Virus record (IMG/VR): IMGVR_UViG_3300020045_018875
Span: 1 to 38,311 of that record
Reading direction: 5' to 3' (one strand)
Origin: a virus
Lineage: Duplodnaviria > Caudoviricetes
Length of the DNA: 38,311 bases
In this document: positions 9,392 through 19,407 of the stretch, in pieces
How the letters are laid out: each line of letters opens with the position of its first letter
How positions within the stretch are numbered: the stretch's first letter is position 1
Translations under genes and position numbers: made by a program
Notes under the pieces: model-generated
The model's input: only the letters and a program-made list of their open reading frames with translations
Databases searched by the model: none
Told to the model about the DNA's origin: nothing

Positions 9392-11374
9392 TTAACCTAG
9401 CACAAAAAAGGTAATAGTTATATTTCCGCCGAGCGCAGCAGCCCCATTATTCTTAACAGTGACAACAAATGATCCTGCAGCACGTTTTATGCGTGTAACG
9501 GTCATCTGAGCATCGTTAGCACCTTCATTGCATACTGTTGCTAATATTACTGAAGAGGTCGTTACTAATGAGTTAGTAATGGTGAACTCTTGAGAAGCAG
9601 CTGAAGCTGTAGTGAATCCTGTAAACGTTGCACTTCCAACATTGACGTTGAGTGTTGAAGCCGCAGTTGGAGAAGCTTGTGTATCTGTTGCGGCATCAAT
9701 AGTTACAATGCCAGCACTCGATAAGTTTATTCCGCCTGTTCCAGCATTAACGTTAACAGCAGTTGCGCCAGTTACATTACCAACAGTAAGCGTACGAGCG
9801 GCAGCACCTGTACCAACATTAATAGCTTGAGCTACAGCATCATTACCTATGTTGATAGCGGCAGCTGAACTATTTAATGATAGAGCTCCAGCAGCATCAA
9901 GGTCTAGGGTTGATCCACCAACTACAGCAATAGCATCAGATGCTGCATTGCCGACTGTAATAACACGAGCAGCAGCTCCTGTAGCTATGTTAACAGCTTG
10001 AGCAACAGCGTCGTTACCTATATTAATGGCATCAGTAGAGCTATTTAATGATAATGCACCAACAGCATCAATATCTACTGCGGCACCACCTGAAATAGCA
10101 ATAGCTCCAGACAATGCATTACCAATACTGATTGCACCAGTACTTGTTCCGGTATTGATAGAGGTGTTTACGTTAACACTATCATTTATAAGAGTAATAC
10201 CATCAATATTAACTGTTGTTAATCCATCAGCATTACCACAATTGACCACTTTGGTTCCACCGCCAGTTCCTGTTGATATATTAACAGTGGATGTGCCAGA
10301 AGCAGCAGTACCGCTATTAATATTAACAATAGATTGACCAGTAGTTACGTTGCCTGCACAAAGATCAGCTCTCTTTATGGCGGCAGCATTTGTTGTTGCA
10401 CCATCAGCAGCAATTTCAACTAAATCAGTAACAGCAGTCGTTACTGTTCCACCAGCAATGGTTGTTGTTCTTGAAGAGGTTGGAGTTAAATTACCAATAT
10501 CGAGCACAGAACAATCAGCTTGATCGCCAATAGATATACCTGCTGATCCAGCTTCTAGTATGATACCACCAGCAGCACCTGAAGCTGAAATAACAATAGC
10601 ATCAGCAACTGATTCTGTAGCTGTTAGATTGATAGATCCAGCAGCAGAAGTGAATGATATATCTTGAGCTGTAGAAGATGCGACAATACCACCGCCACTA
10701 GTTAAATTAATAGCATCAGCGGAAGCACCACTGCCTTCAATAAGAACATTTCCTAAAACACCATGAATAAGAACTTGGCCACCACTAGCTGCAGTAAGAG
10801 AAATATCAGCAGCTCCTGATCCGCGTCCAGAGAAAAAAGCAACGCCGCCAGCATCAGATCTTAAAAGAACAGAATCATCACTGGTACCCTGCTTACTCCA
10901 AATAGTAATATCTTCATTGGCACCACCATCAGCAATGATATAGATAGCAGCATCAGTATTGTCACTTGTTTCAAGAAGAATAGGTTGAGTACTTGTGACA
11001 GTTAAATCTGCAAGGTTAATAGATCCACCAAGCGTAAGATCTCCTCCTACCGTTAAATTACCAGCAGAAATATCAACATTACCAGTAGATACTATGAGAT
11101 CTCCAGTTGTAACGGTCAGATCACCTGGGTCTACGGTTACAGCGGTAAATGTTCCCACACCAGAACCTGGTGATGTTGTCCAATTAGGAACATTAGAAGT
11201 TATGCTAGCAAGCATATATATAGTAGAGTTAGGAACATCTACCCATATGGTGCCCAATTGAGCTAAATCTTTAGACGTAGGCGCTCTTTGAGCGATGATA
11301 GGTGCTGGCGGCAGCTGAATAAGAGCCTGTCCCACACCATATACATATTCAACTTTGGAATGACTGATTGCCAT
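9392..11374 (-). CDS. Ala/Gly/Thr-rich fibre protein with internal repeats
   Basis: Duplicated GALSLNSS..AINIGNDAVAQA.N..TGAAAR unit; N-terminal RAPT..D....GTIWVD motif. Confidence 0.7.
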   Translation of the reverse strand: MAISHSKVEYVYGVGQALIQLPPAPIIAQRAPTSKDLAQLGTIWVDVPNSTIYMLASITSNVPNWTTSPGSGVGTFTAVTVDPGDLTVTTGDLIVSTGNVDISAGNLTVGGDLTLGGSINLADLTVTSTQPILLETSDNTDAAIYIIADGGANEDITIWSKQGTSDDSVLLRSDAGGVAFFSGRGSGAADISLTAASGGQVLIHGVLGNVLIEGSGASADAINLTSGGGIVASSTAQDISFTSAAGSINLTATESVADAIVISASGAAGGIILEAGSAGISIGDQADCSVLDIGNLTPTSSRTTTIAGGTVTTAVTDLVEIAADGATTNAAAIKRADLCAGNVTTGQSIVNINSGTAASGTSTVNISTGTGGGTKVVNCGNADGLTTVNIDGITLINDSVNVNTSINTGTSTGAISIGNALSGAIAISGGAAVDIDAVGALSLNSSTDAINIGNDAVAQAVNIATGAAARVITVGNAASDAIAVVGGSTLDLDAAGALSLNSSAAAINIGNDAVAQAINVGTGAAARTLTVGNVTGATAVNVNAGTGGINLSSAGIVTIDAATDTQASPTAASTLNVNVGSATFTGFTTASAASQEFTITNSLVTTSSVILATVCNEGANDAQMTVTRIKRAAGSFVVTVKNNGAAALGGNITITFFVLG

Positions 11375-11455
11375 AATAATCCCCTTCGGAATACAATCCT
11401 TGTGATAAACATTTTCCCCACAAAAACATGACTCCCATCCAAAAGCAAATTATTA

Positions 11456-11491
11456 TTGACATATGGTTTATATTCTTATATTCTTATATTT
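11456..11491 (+). promoter_or_regulatory. Sigma70-like promoter with three tandem 8-bp repeats (putative RHH operator)
   Basis: TTGACA (11456-61), 17 bp, TATTCT; TTATATTC TTATATTC TTATATTT at 11468-11491. Confidence 0.6.
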
Positions 11492-11521
11492 ATAGGCAGC
11501 AATTATTACAGAAAGAAAGAT

Positions 11522-11683
11522 ATGATAACAGACAAAAAGCAGTTAATAGTAGAAGTGAGTGAGAGATTCCGTTCTGATGTAAAAACATTAGCTATAAAGA
11601 AGGGAATTACAGTTAAGCAGTTAGTAATAGAAGCGTTGGTTGCCTATATTAATAATGAGAGGAAGAAAGATGGGATTAATTGA
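11522..11683 (+). CDS. Ribbon-helix-helix (ParG/Arc-like) DNA-binding protein (start revised to MITDK)
   Basis: KQLIVEV strand followed by helices FRSDVKTLAIKKG and VKQLVIEALVAYI. Confidence 0.7.
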   Translation: MITDKKQLIVEVSERFRSDVKTLAIKKGITVKQLVIEALVAYINNERKKDGIN

Positions 11684-11691
11684 ATTTATAT

Positions 11692-11735
11692 GCATGTGGA
11701 TCTTTTTATGGATTGTTATGCCAAAATCCACATGC
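11692..11735. terminator. Inverted repeat between convergent genes
   Basis: gcatgtggat-N24-atccacatgc; no clear U tract. Confidence 0.35.
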
Positions 11736-11782
11736 TGTTATCGTTATGATACCGAAAATAGACATTCTGATGGATGTTCAAA

Positions 11783-13678
11783 TTATGATTCTTGGGCTCG
11801 CTGAGATTCTTTAAGAGCCTTTATTATTTCAGCTCTATCTTTAGCAGGTAAACCTTCTAAAACTTTATCAGAAGAAGATTGTAGATCATCCAATGCTTTT
11901 TTAGTTAATGCAGCATTTTGAGCAGTACTTGCTTTGAAAAGTTTTCCCATAGCATCTCTAACAGCTGGACTTTGCATCATTTTTGTTGCAAATTGTCGTG
12001 CGGACTCAGCAATAGATAATTTCATAAGTGCTTTATAACCACCACTAAGCCAAAATGCTGCACCAGCATTAAAACTTCTTGGATTAAGATTTTCTGCCAC
12101 AACTTGTCTAGCATCATCAATTGCATGATATGTTCTCCAAAAGTCATTAGCTTTCTCTAATAATTTGCCCCCTTCAGGAACAATAGTATCGCTAAACTTT
12201 TTAAGTGCATCTTCCTGCATTTTGATCATTTCCTTTAAAATGCCTTTTGCTTGATCAGGAGTTTTTCCACTTGCCAATCGTTCTCCCATTTCTTTAATAT
12301 TAGTCCAAAGAGCATCAGGACTTATTAAGCCATCAGCTTCTTGAAGTGTATCTTGAAGGATAGATTTTTCATCTCTTAAAAATGATCCAGCTTGTGAATG
12401 TTGAGATAATCTCTCTATTTTTTTGCCTAATGATCCCGTATCTCTTAATTGATCTCTTAATGGATTAAGATCGACTTTCTTTCCTTGCTGAATAGCAGGA
12501 TTAATCACTTGATTGTCGAATTCATTATATGCTTTTTTACCCAAACTTTTTGTGAATCCAGGGAATAAACTATATGTTAAATATATTCCATTTTGAACAT
12601 TCTTACCAAATTTCTCACTACCAGTATATGCTTCTGTAAGCCATCCTGCGGCTTTTCCTGTAATGGCAACTCCTGATGCTTTTAATATATTTTTTGCTAT
12701 AGAAGGAAGTTTTTCTGGTGATATATTAGTTATATTTCCGATTATTTTCTTCGTTATATCTTTAGTTTTGTCTGCACTATTAACTCCACTTAAAACTGAA
12801 GAGGCAGCTCCTTTTAAAGGATTAGCGATGACACCTATTACATCTCCTACTTCGTTCCATATTTCATCTGTAGGATTTTGAGATGCTACATATTTTTCAG
12901 CATCTGTTCCTTTTACTGCTTTTGATAGGCCTTTTTTTAAAGTTTGTGTAGACGGAATAAGATTTAATGCATCCTCTTCCCTATCGCCTCGTTCAAGATT
13001 TCTTAAAATATCTTGCGCCGATCTATGTTCATATGATCCGGGTTCACGATTTTGTAATTCCTGCTTCCATCGCTCTATTCCCTCTAATCGTTGTTCTGGA
13101 TTTAACCTTTCAGGGCCTCTTAAAGCTTGTAAAGCGAATGCAGCGGTATCACCTCCTGAAGCTAGTCCAACTGCTCTTGTTCCTAATCCAGCAAGTAAAT
13201 TACTGGTTTTAGTTTTAAAATTAGATTCATGTTGATTGGCTTGAGCCTGTTGTTGCTCTAGCATCTCTAAATTCTTAACTGTTTCTGGTGATATCTGATC
13301 TGTAGGTACTATCTGACCACCAACCTGAATCGCTAGTGGTTCATTATTGTTACCACGAATAATGGTTGGTGTCTGATTTTGACTCATACCTTGAGATGAT
13401 CTTCCTGTGCCAAAAAGTTTATCTGCAATGCTTGAAACATGATCACCTAAAGATTTTGGTTTTAAATGCTGCTCTAACCAGAATTGTCTTTGTTTTGGGT
13501 CTTTGATATCAAAAACGTAATCAGGAACATTCCGTTGTCTTCCTAATGCTCTTTCAATAATCAGATCATCTTCATCCTGTTTCTGTTTGGCAAGCTGAGA
13601 CATCCGCTCTTCTCTTAATTTATAACCTTCACCAAGTCCTTCGCTAATAGCGTCATATAAAAAATTTTTTCTTGCCAT
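11783..13678 (-). CDS. Probable internal virion/DNA ejection protein
   Basis: 631 aa, helical, K/A/Q-rich with hydrophobic patches; position after the pilot-like gene. Confidence 0.55.
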   Translation of the reverse strand: MARKNFLYDAISEGLGEGYKLREERMSQLAKQKQDEDDLIIERALGRQRNVPDYVFDIKDPKQRQFWLEQHLKPKSLGDHVSSIADKLFGTGRSSQGMSQNQTPTIIRGNNNEPLAIQVGGQIVPTDQISPETVKNLEMLEQQQAQANQHESNFKTKTSNLLAGLGTRAVGLASGGDTAAFALQALRGPERLNPEQRLEGIERWKQELQNREPGSYEHRSAQDILRNLERGDREEDALNLIPSTQTLKKGLSKAVKGTDAEKYVASQNPTDEIWNEVGDVIGVIANPLKGAASSVLSGVNSADKTKDITKKIIGNITNISPEKLPSIAKNILKASGVAITGKAAGWLTEAYTGSEKFGKNVQNGIYLTYSLFPGFTKSLGKKAYNEFDNQVINPAIQQGKKVDLNPLRDQLRDTGSLGKKIERLSQHSQAGSFLRDEKSILQDTLQEADGLISPDALWTNIKEMGERLASGKTPDQAKGILKEMIKMQEDALKKFSDTIVPEGGKLLEKANDFWRTYHAIDDARQVVAENLNPRSFNAGAAFWLSGGYKALMKLSIAESARQFATKMMQSPAVRDAMGKLFKASTAQNAALTKKALDDLQSSSDKVLEGLPAKDRAEIIKALKESQRAQES

Positions 13679-13679
13679 C

Positions 13680-14540
13680 TTACATTCCTCCAGTAACTTT
13701 TAAGTATTCAGGTAATGCTTTACGTATAATTCCAGCGCCTATTTGCGTAACATCACCATATCCACCACCGTCATTCTTTAACTGAGCTACACTACGTTGG
13801 CTATTTCTATACATATCACCCAATGTTCCGAGTGCCTGTCCTCGTCGTGCCAGTTCTTGTTGATTCTGAGCTAATCCGAGCTGAGCAAGATCATGTCTTT
13901 GTCCGAACTGTTGGTTACGCAATCCCATTCCCAAAGTAGCAATATCTCTTGATCTATTTAACCCTAAAGCCTGTTGTCCTTGAGCTAACGATCCTAAAGT
14001 TCCTGCACGCTCTAGCCCGTATTGAGATTTCATAGCTGCAAGTTTAGATTCTAGATCTGATCCTGCTTTACCAAGTTGACCTATAAGAGCTGAGCTATTG
14101 AGTCCACCGGCTCCAGCAAATTGTTCTGCAAGACCTGGAACAGTCTCTTCTCTGAACTGTTTACGTGCCAAGTCTGCAATAGGCCCAAATTCAGTATCTT
14201 GCATAAGTTGAGGGGTATAATCTTTGAGTTCATCGAATCCAAGTTCTTGTCCTGTAGGAAGATCCTGCTGAATAATATCAGCCATAGCCTGTGTATCGAG
14301 TGAGGGGAATTTACCTATGAACTCATCGGGGTTCTTTGCAAATTGATCAGCATAATTGAGAGCGATCCGTTGCAATGGTTCAGGTAACGTCTGAATGACT
14401 TTAATATCATCATCACTGTATTTAACGGGAGTGTTACCCTTCTTTATATTCTTATTCTGTTTATATTTGCTGATCCACCCGCCAATAAGTCCAGCGAGTG
14501 AAATTGCTGCTCCAGCTGCAAGTGCTACAGGAAAAGGCAT
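13680..14540 (-). CDS. Probable DNA ejection/pilot protein
   Basis: N-terminal Gly/Ala hydrophobic segment; Q/L/G-rich; F...GG..SSA motif typical of podovirus pilot proteins. Confidence 0.55.
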   Translation of the reverse strand: MPFPVALAAGAAISLAGLIGGWISKYKQNKNIKKGNTPVKYSDDDIKVIQTLPEPLQRIALNYADQFAKNPDEFIGKFPSLDTQAMADIIQQDLPTGQELGFDELKDYTPQLMQDTEFGPIADLARKQFREETVPGLAEQFAGAGGLNSSALIGQLGKAGSDLESKLAAMKSQYGLERAGTLGSLAQGQQALGLNRSRDIATLGMGLRNQQFGQRHDLAQLGLAQNQQELARRGQALGTLGDMYRNSQRSVAQLKNDGGGYGDVTQIGAGIIRKALPEYLKVTGGM

Positions 14541-14631
14541 AATGATATACTCCCATCAATTTTGAATTTTAAAATGTACGGTGTTAGCATAATACGTAGC
14601 CCTAATTTTTCACAAGTATTTTATATGAAGG

Positions 14632-15171
14632 ATGTCTATGGCAGTAAATAATGATTTTGGAGTCTTTCTTCCTTTAACATCCATTTATGATCCGGAATCT
14701 CTTCAACAAGCTGAAAAAATTAACCCTGAGATGAAGAGTTTTATTATCTCGAGTGCTCAGCAATACAATAACATAGCCAATGTACTCAATATAAAAGAGA
14801 CCGCTTACTATATAACCACTGAACTGCTCAATAGCCAGATCTGGTTTAAACAGGCTCCTTTCAATCAAGGAGAATCCCCATTTCGTAACGCCTATAGATT
14901 AGTAGTTAATTTTGGCGAATTGCCTAATGCTGGCACATACAATGTACCTCATAACATACAAGGGTTAACAGCTGGTGTTATGTCATGGACAAAGATCTAT
15001 GGTGCAGCAACTGATGCTGCTGGCAATGGAATTCCTATACCTTATGCATCAGGAACCGCTAACGATAATATAGAAATATGGGCAGATTTAACAAACGTTA
15101 ATATAAAAACATTGAAGAACTATAGTGCATACACAACGACATATGTTGTGTTGGAATATTTAAAAAACTGA
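14632..15171 (+). CDS. Probable virion protein, in inverted orientation
   Basis: N-terminal helix then beta-rich FG.LPN.G...VPH.I...Y..T.VVLEY.K domain resembling fibre/collar domains. Confidence 0.5.
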   Translation: MSMAVNNDFGVFLPLTSIYDPESLQQAEKINPEMKSFIISSAQQYNNIANVLNIKETAYYITTELLNSQIWFKQAPFNQGESPFRNAYRLVVNFGELPNAGTYNVPHNIQGLTAGVMSWTKIYGAATDAAGNGIPIPYASGTANDNIEIWADLTNVNIKTLKNYSAYTTTYVVLEYLKN

Positions 15172-15226
15172 TATACTTTAAATACTCCTTTTTTTATGTA
15201 TGCCGTAAATGCAGCATGCATTTTTT

Positions 15227-15259
15227 GGGCTTGTTGAATGTTTCAGACAAGCCCTTTTT
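15227..15259 (+). terminator. Intrinsic terminator after 14632-15171
   Basis: gggcttg...caagccc followed by ttttt. Confidence 0.6.
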
Positions 15260-15604
15260 CATTTCTATGGCTAAAATACATGGTAACAATAAGATATGCA
15301 TGGTCATTATACAAGATCAATGTATCAGTTTTAACATAAAAACTTTAGACTAGTCTAAAAAGAAGAGCACTTTCTCTTTTTTCTATATATAGAAGAAACT
15401 TACTATCTTCTTATTTTTTAAAAAAAATGGAAAAATGGTCTTCATATCTTTTTCTCTCTAACTATGTTATATTATCTTTATCCAAATAACATTTTCATCG
15501 TGAAAAAAAAGACCAATAAAGTCTTGTTTTTACATAAGATACGTTATCGGACACGTTTTTTGATCCTAAAAAATACCAAATTTTACTAATGTAAAACTTT
15601 AAAA

Positions 15605-15844
15605 TCAGGGTAATGGTGGTAGCAATAAATAGTGCGTAAATTGATGTTCATCACAATCTTCATCAATTTCATAATCATCATGACGATCATACGCTATTAA
15701 AGAAAAATAGTTTCCTTGATCAATGCCATTATTAATAATCTTATAATACTGTACTATAAACGGCTTACCATAATATAATGCAACAAATTTAGATCCATCT
15801 TTAGGAAGTTCATCAATCGAATTTATCTTTATCCATTCCATCAT
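15605..15844 (-). CDS. DUF551-like small phage protein
   Basis: MEWIK...D.LP N-terminus and THY..LP.LP C-terminus. Confidence 0.65.
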   Translation of the reverse strand: MMEWIKINSIDELPKDGSKFVALYYGKPFIVQYYKIINNGIDQGNYFSLIAYDRHDDYEIDEDCDEHQFTHYLLLPPLP

Positions 15845-15900
15845 TTATCCACTTATCATTTAGTCTGTCCAAATGTAAAACACACTTAACACTTAGTACT

Positions 15901-16239
15901 TTATTGCAGTCTACTGTCTATCAATTTATTTTTATAAAAATAAGGACCAATTACAACTGAAATGGATTCATGTTCATTTTCATATTCCGTTAATTGAATC
16001 AGATTTCCTTTTGTATCTTCATTCCATTTTTTGTATTCTGTGGCAAAAGAATGCAATATCCTTTTTATAGCATTAATATTTTCTGGAGAATTATCTAATT
16101 CTAACTTAGTAGCTATTTCCTGATATCCATTTCTAAAAAAGAATTGTCTAATATCATAAGCATTATCATTAACACTTATTCTTTCTAACAATGTTTTAAT
16201 AAAATAATTTTTTAATGATAGTACTATTTCTTTATTCAT
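15901..16239 (-). CDS. Hypothetical protein (start revised to MNKEI)
   Basis: ORF overlapping the stop of the upstream RHH gene; very AT-rich. Confidence 0.55.
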   Translation of the reverse strand: MNKEIVLSLKNYFIKTLLERISVNDNAYDIRQFFFRNGYQEIATKLELDNSPENINAIKRILHSFATEYKKWNEDTKGNLIQLTEYENEHESISVVIGPYFYKNKLIDSRLQ

Positions 16240-16543
16240 ATTTTTTCCATAAACATTTCCCATTTTTTACTACTTCACTAATAAAAGTTCTAAAATCGTC
16301 CTTTCTATTCATCCAAATAGTTCCAACTTCATATATATCATTTTCATCAGGGTCTCTATCTTTTAGTAGTGGACCTGGCCATGCCATAGATACTGCAGAC
16401 CTATAAAAATATGGATGAAGATTAATAGATTCTATTATTATATCTCTCAAACTTCTTTCATAGTGAGCTGCTGCAATTTTAATATCTTTATGAAGATTCG
16501 CCGGCAGATCAATAGTTATTCTATGTAAATTTTTTTTATTCAT
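16232..16543 (-). CDS. RHH DNA-binding protein with C-terminal fibre-type motif
   Basis: RITIDLP..LH..IK..AA....SLRDIIIESI RHH pattern; C-terminal PGPLLKDRDPDENDIYEVGTIWMN. Confidence 0.65.
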   Translation of the reverse strand: MNKKNLHRITIDLPANLHKDIKIAAAHYERSLRDIIIESINLHPYFYRSAVSMAWPGPLLKDRDPDENDIYEVGTIWMNRKDDFRTFISEVVKNGKCLWKKYE

Positions 16544-16596
16544 GCCGATTCCTATATAATTTTTTATTTAACTATACAGCAATCTGTATCAAGTGT

Positions 16597-18807
16597 CTAT
16601 TGTAGTCTATTATCAGTCATTGTTGCATAGAATAACATTGAATGTAATGTAAAACTTTCTAATGATATAGACTTCTTTACCATCTGATCAGGATTCCATG
16701 TCATATTAAACTGAATGAATGAGCCATATACATTAGGATATATAGAGTGCCACAATTGCTGCTGATACTGTTCATAAGGATAAAATACCGGATTGTAAGG
16801 CTTTGTCTCCAAAATAGTTACATTCGTGTTACCACCTGTACTTGGCATCATATTAATAGATACTTCTCCAGATTCCGTTCTATCGACCAAGAAGTCTATT
16901 TTATCTACCGCAAAATTCACCCCTTTGTTTAAAAAGAAGTTATATTGCTTTGTAGTTAAACTTATTTGGGGAACCAATGCAATAGTACCGCCTCCAGAAT
17001 ATGTTCCTGTAACAGCAACTTCTATCGTAAATGTATCAACGGTAGGTGTACTCAATATTCTAAAGATATTACCATTCAACTGTGAAAGCGTTCCACTACC
17101 CTGTATATAATCTAAAAGAATCCATTGCTGATTAGTGAGATTATGATTCATAGCAGTAATAGTAGCTATACCACTTGTTATTGATATCTGTGTAATCTGT
17201 AAAACACCAGCGCATCTTCCAACATCTCTGGTCATATAGAAAGTATAACCCTCTTGGTTACCAGCAACAACGCGAATCATACGTGCTTGGTTTGATCCTT
17301 CGTTCCACTGTGTTTCCCAATCTTCCCATGGATAACTCACCAATTGGCTCCATGAAAGATTGTTATTAAAGTTAATATATCCAAAAGCGGTGATAGAATC
17401 ATCCCATGTTGCCCATGAATCATTCTTATAGTTATAGACTAACATCTGATTAGGGTATTTCACATCAGGATTGACCGTATCTACTACAGGAACTGCCCAA
17501 TAGGTAAGCTCATTCTGATAATCTCTTATACCCTGAACTCTTTGTGGCCCTGAATTAGTATTCGATATTTGAAACACATAGTCAGGTATTTTATTATCTA
17601 TACGATTTACATTCATACCATTCGTTACATGAATCCCAACAGCGCCAATTCCAATAATCCCTTTATCCAGTGGAATAAGACTAAATGTCGATTCGCTACC
17701 TAATTCTATATTAATGTTCTGCCAACGGAATGGTTGTATCTCGTTATTAGTATAAACAAGCTCCCAAGTACTTCTTTCAAAATAGACGATCATACGATCA
17801 CGGAATATTTGAACAGATATAATCTCCTGTTGCGTAGGCGCATCAATAAATCCACCTTTACCATATACGCCATTAGCAGCATCATACCAAGCATCTACTG
17901 CCGTTGGATTACCTATTTGTGAATAGCGACATCTATTTGGATATTGAGTAGGTGTAGCAGCACCAGGATTCTCCCATGTATTAAATAGAAGTAATCTTCC
18001 TTTAAACTGAATAACTATGCGTGCTGTTATAATCTCTGTATTAGCAGCAGCACTATAAGATACACTCAATTGGTGCCATACATCATCAGATTCTGTAAGG
18101 TATCTAATACCATCAGCTTGAACAAAGTTTGTGGTGAAAAGAGCAAGATCACTGGATGTCACTGAACGAAACATAGATGAATAAAAAAAGTCACTATCTG
18201 ATCCGGTCCATATAGCTGGACCAACAATAAACTGTCTCCAACCAACAGAGGATATAAACTCATAAGCAAATTGAGTATCAAATGCTATATACCGTTCAAT
18301 ATTTACTGCAGAATTGCTCTGTAATATTGCAAACCCCATAACAGGTTGTGCAGGATAAAAGTAAACATCAGTATTAGCTGTCGCTCCAGTAAAGACATAG
18401 TTTCCTACTCCACCCATTCCTACTGGTGTCGTATCAAATGTTCCTGTTCCTGTTCCCGTATTGAGCATAGTAACAGGAGCTCCGGTGGTAGGAACAGTAA
18501 AAATCTGGTCCCCTATAGAGAACATCTGTCCTTGATTAAACTGTTCACCAGGAACATTACCCGCAAGATTTCCAAGTCCATCAGTAGGCCCTAAATCAAC
18601 TCTTAAACGGGATATAAGTTGTGGATTGGTAGTTGACGGATTATTACCAAAAAGAAGAGCCGATCCTAATCGTTTAACGACTCTACTACGCCAAACATAA
18701 AGATTCTGTATATCAGAGAATGCCTCTTCAGGAAGAAGAAATGGTTTAATATCTGTCTCTAAACCGGTCTCATAATTAGCAATAAGGAATCTTTGTGTTT
18801 GTGCCAT
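16597..18807 (-). CDS. Tail nozzle/tubular protein B-like (start revised to MAQTQ)
   Basis: ~736 aa, beta-propeller-like; position after adaptor; SD aggag. Confidence 0.65.
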   Translation of the reverse strand: MAQTQRFLIANYETGLETDIKPFLLPEEAFSDIQNLYVWRSRVVKRLGSALLFGNNPSTTNPQLISRLRVDLGPTDGLGNLAGNVPGEQFNQGQMFSIGDQIFTVPTTGAPVTMLNTGTGTGTFDTTPVGMGGVGNYVFTGATANTDVYFYPAQPVMGFAILQSNSAVNIERYIAFDTQFAYEFISSVGWRQFIVGPAIWTGSDSDFFYSSMFRSVTSSDLALFTTNFVQADGIRYLTESDDVWHQLSVSYSAAANTEIITARIVIQFKGRLLLFNTWENPGAATPTQYPNRCRYSQIGNPTAVDAWYDAANGVYGKGGFIDAPTQQEIISVQIFRDRMIVYFERSTWELVYTNNEIQPFRWQNINIELGSESTFSLIPLDKGIIGIGAVGIHVTNGMNVNRIDNKIPDYVFQISNTNSGPQRVQGIRDYQNELTYWAVPVVDTVNPDVKYPNQMLVYNYKNDSWATWDDSITAFGYINFNNNLSWSQLVSYPWEDWETQWNEGSNQARMIRVVAGNQEGYTFYMTRDVGRCAGVLQITQISITSGIATITAMNHNLTNQQWILLDYIQGSGTLSQLNGNIFRILSTPTVDTFTIEVAVTGTYSGGGTIALVPQISLTTKQYNFFLNKGVNFAVDKIDFLVDRTESGEVSINMMPSTGGNTNVTILETKPYNPVFYPYEQYQQQLWHSIYPNVYGSFIQFNMTWNPDQMVKKSISLESFTLHSMLFYATMTDNRLQ

Positions 18808-18809
18808 GG

Positions 18810-19397
18810 TTATACTCCTATTGCAATCCATTTAACTCTAGCGGCTAATGGTACTCCCGATGTACTTCTTTGCTGACATATAGTTTCAAAGGTTGTAGCA
18901 GTTAATATTCTTCCACCTGATACATAGGTATCATCCATTAACTGAGCACCATTAGATACCATAACAAAATAAAGTTGTGTGAATGGTTTTCCTAAACCAA
19001 TAGCATTTGCATCAGTAGAAGTAACACCACCTGTTTTAGAAACTGTTGCCCATTTCATAAGCAGACCAGAAGGCAGCATGGTCCAACCATTAGGAGTGCC
19101 ACTTTTTGCTGTCATAGCAATAATGTCACCATTAGAAGGTCGTCTAAAGGTAAGTTCTAAATTACCTGAATCAGCGCTCGTTATACAATAAGTAGCAACT
19201 TCTGTAGCTAATGTTGATGGATTAGTTACACCTTGATCAGGCATGGTCACCCATTTATGTTTACCTTGATCAGCAAGATCAAAGCCGACGTGATTAACAT
19301 TAACTAAGGTATTAATTCCCTGAAAGTTAGCCAGTAATTGAGGCTGTGAATTTGCCGGAATATCAGTTGGAGCCGGAATGTTAGGATTATATGACAC
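18810..19397 (-). CDS. Short tail/collar protein with gp53-like domain (likely GTG start at 19397)
   Basis: GWT.LPSGL.MKW motif; SD gggag before GTG. Confidence 0.55.
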   Translation of the reverse strand: MSYNPNIPAPTDIPANSQPQLLANFQGINTLVNVNHVGFDLADQGKHKWVTMPDQGVTNPSTLATEVATYCITSADSGNLELTFRRPSNGDIIAMTAKSGTPNGWTMLPSGLLMKWATVSKTGGVTSTDANAIGLGKPFTQLYFVMVSNGAQLMDDTYVSGGRILTATTFETICQQRSTSGVPLAARVKWIAIGV

Positions 19398-19407
19398 GAT
19401 CTCTCCC

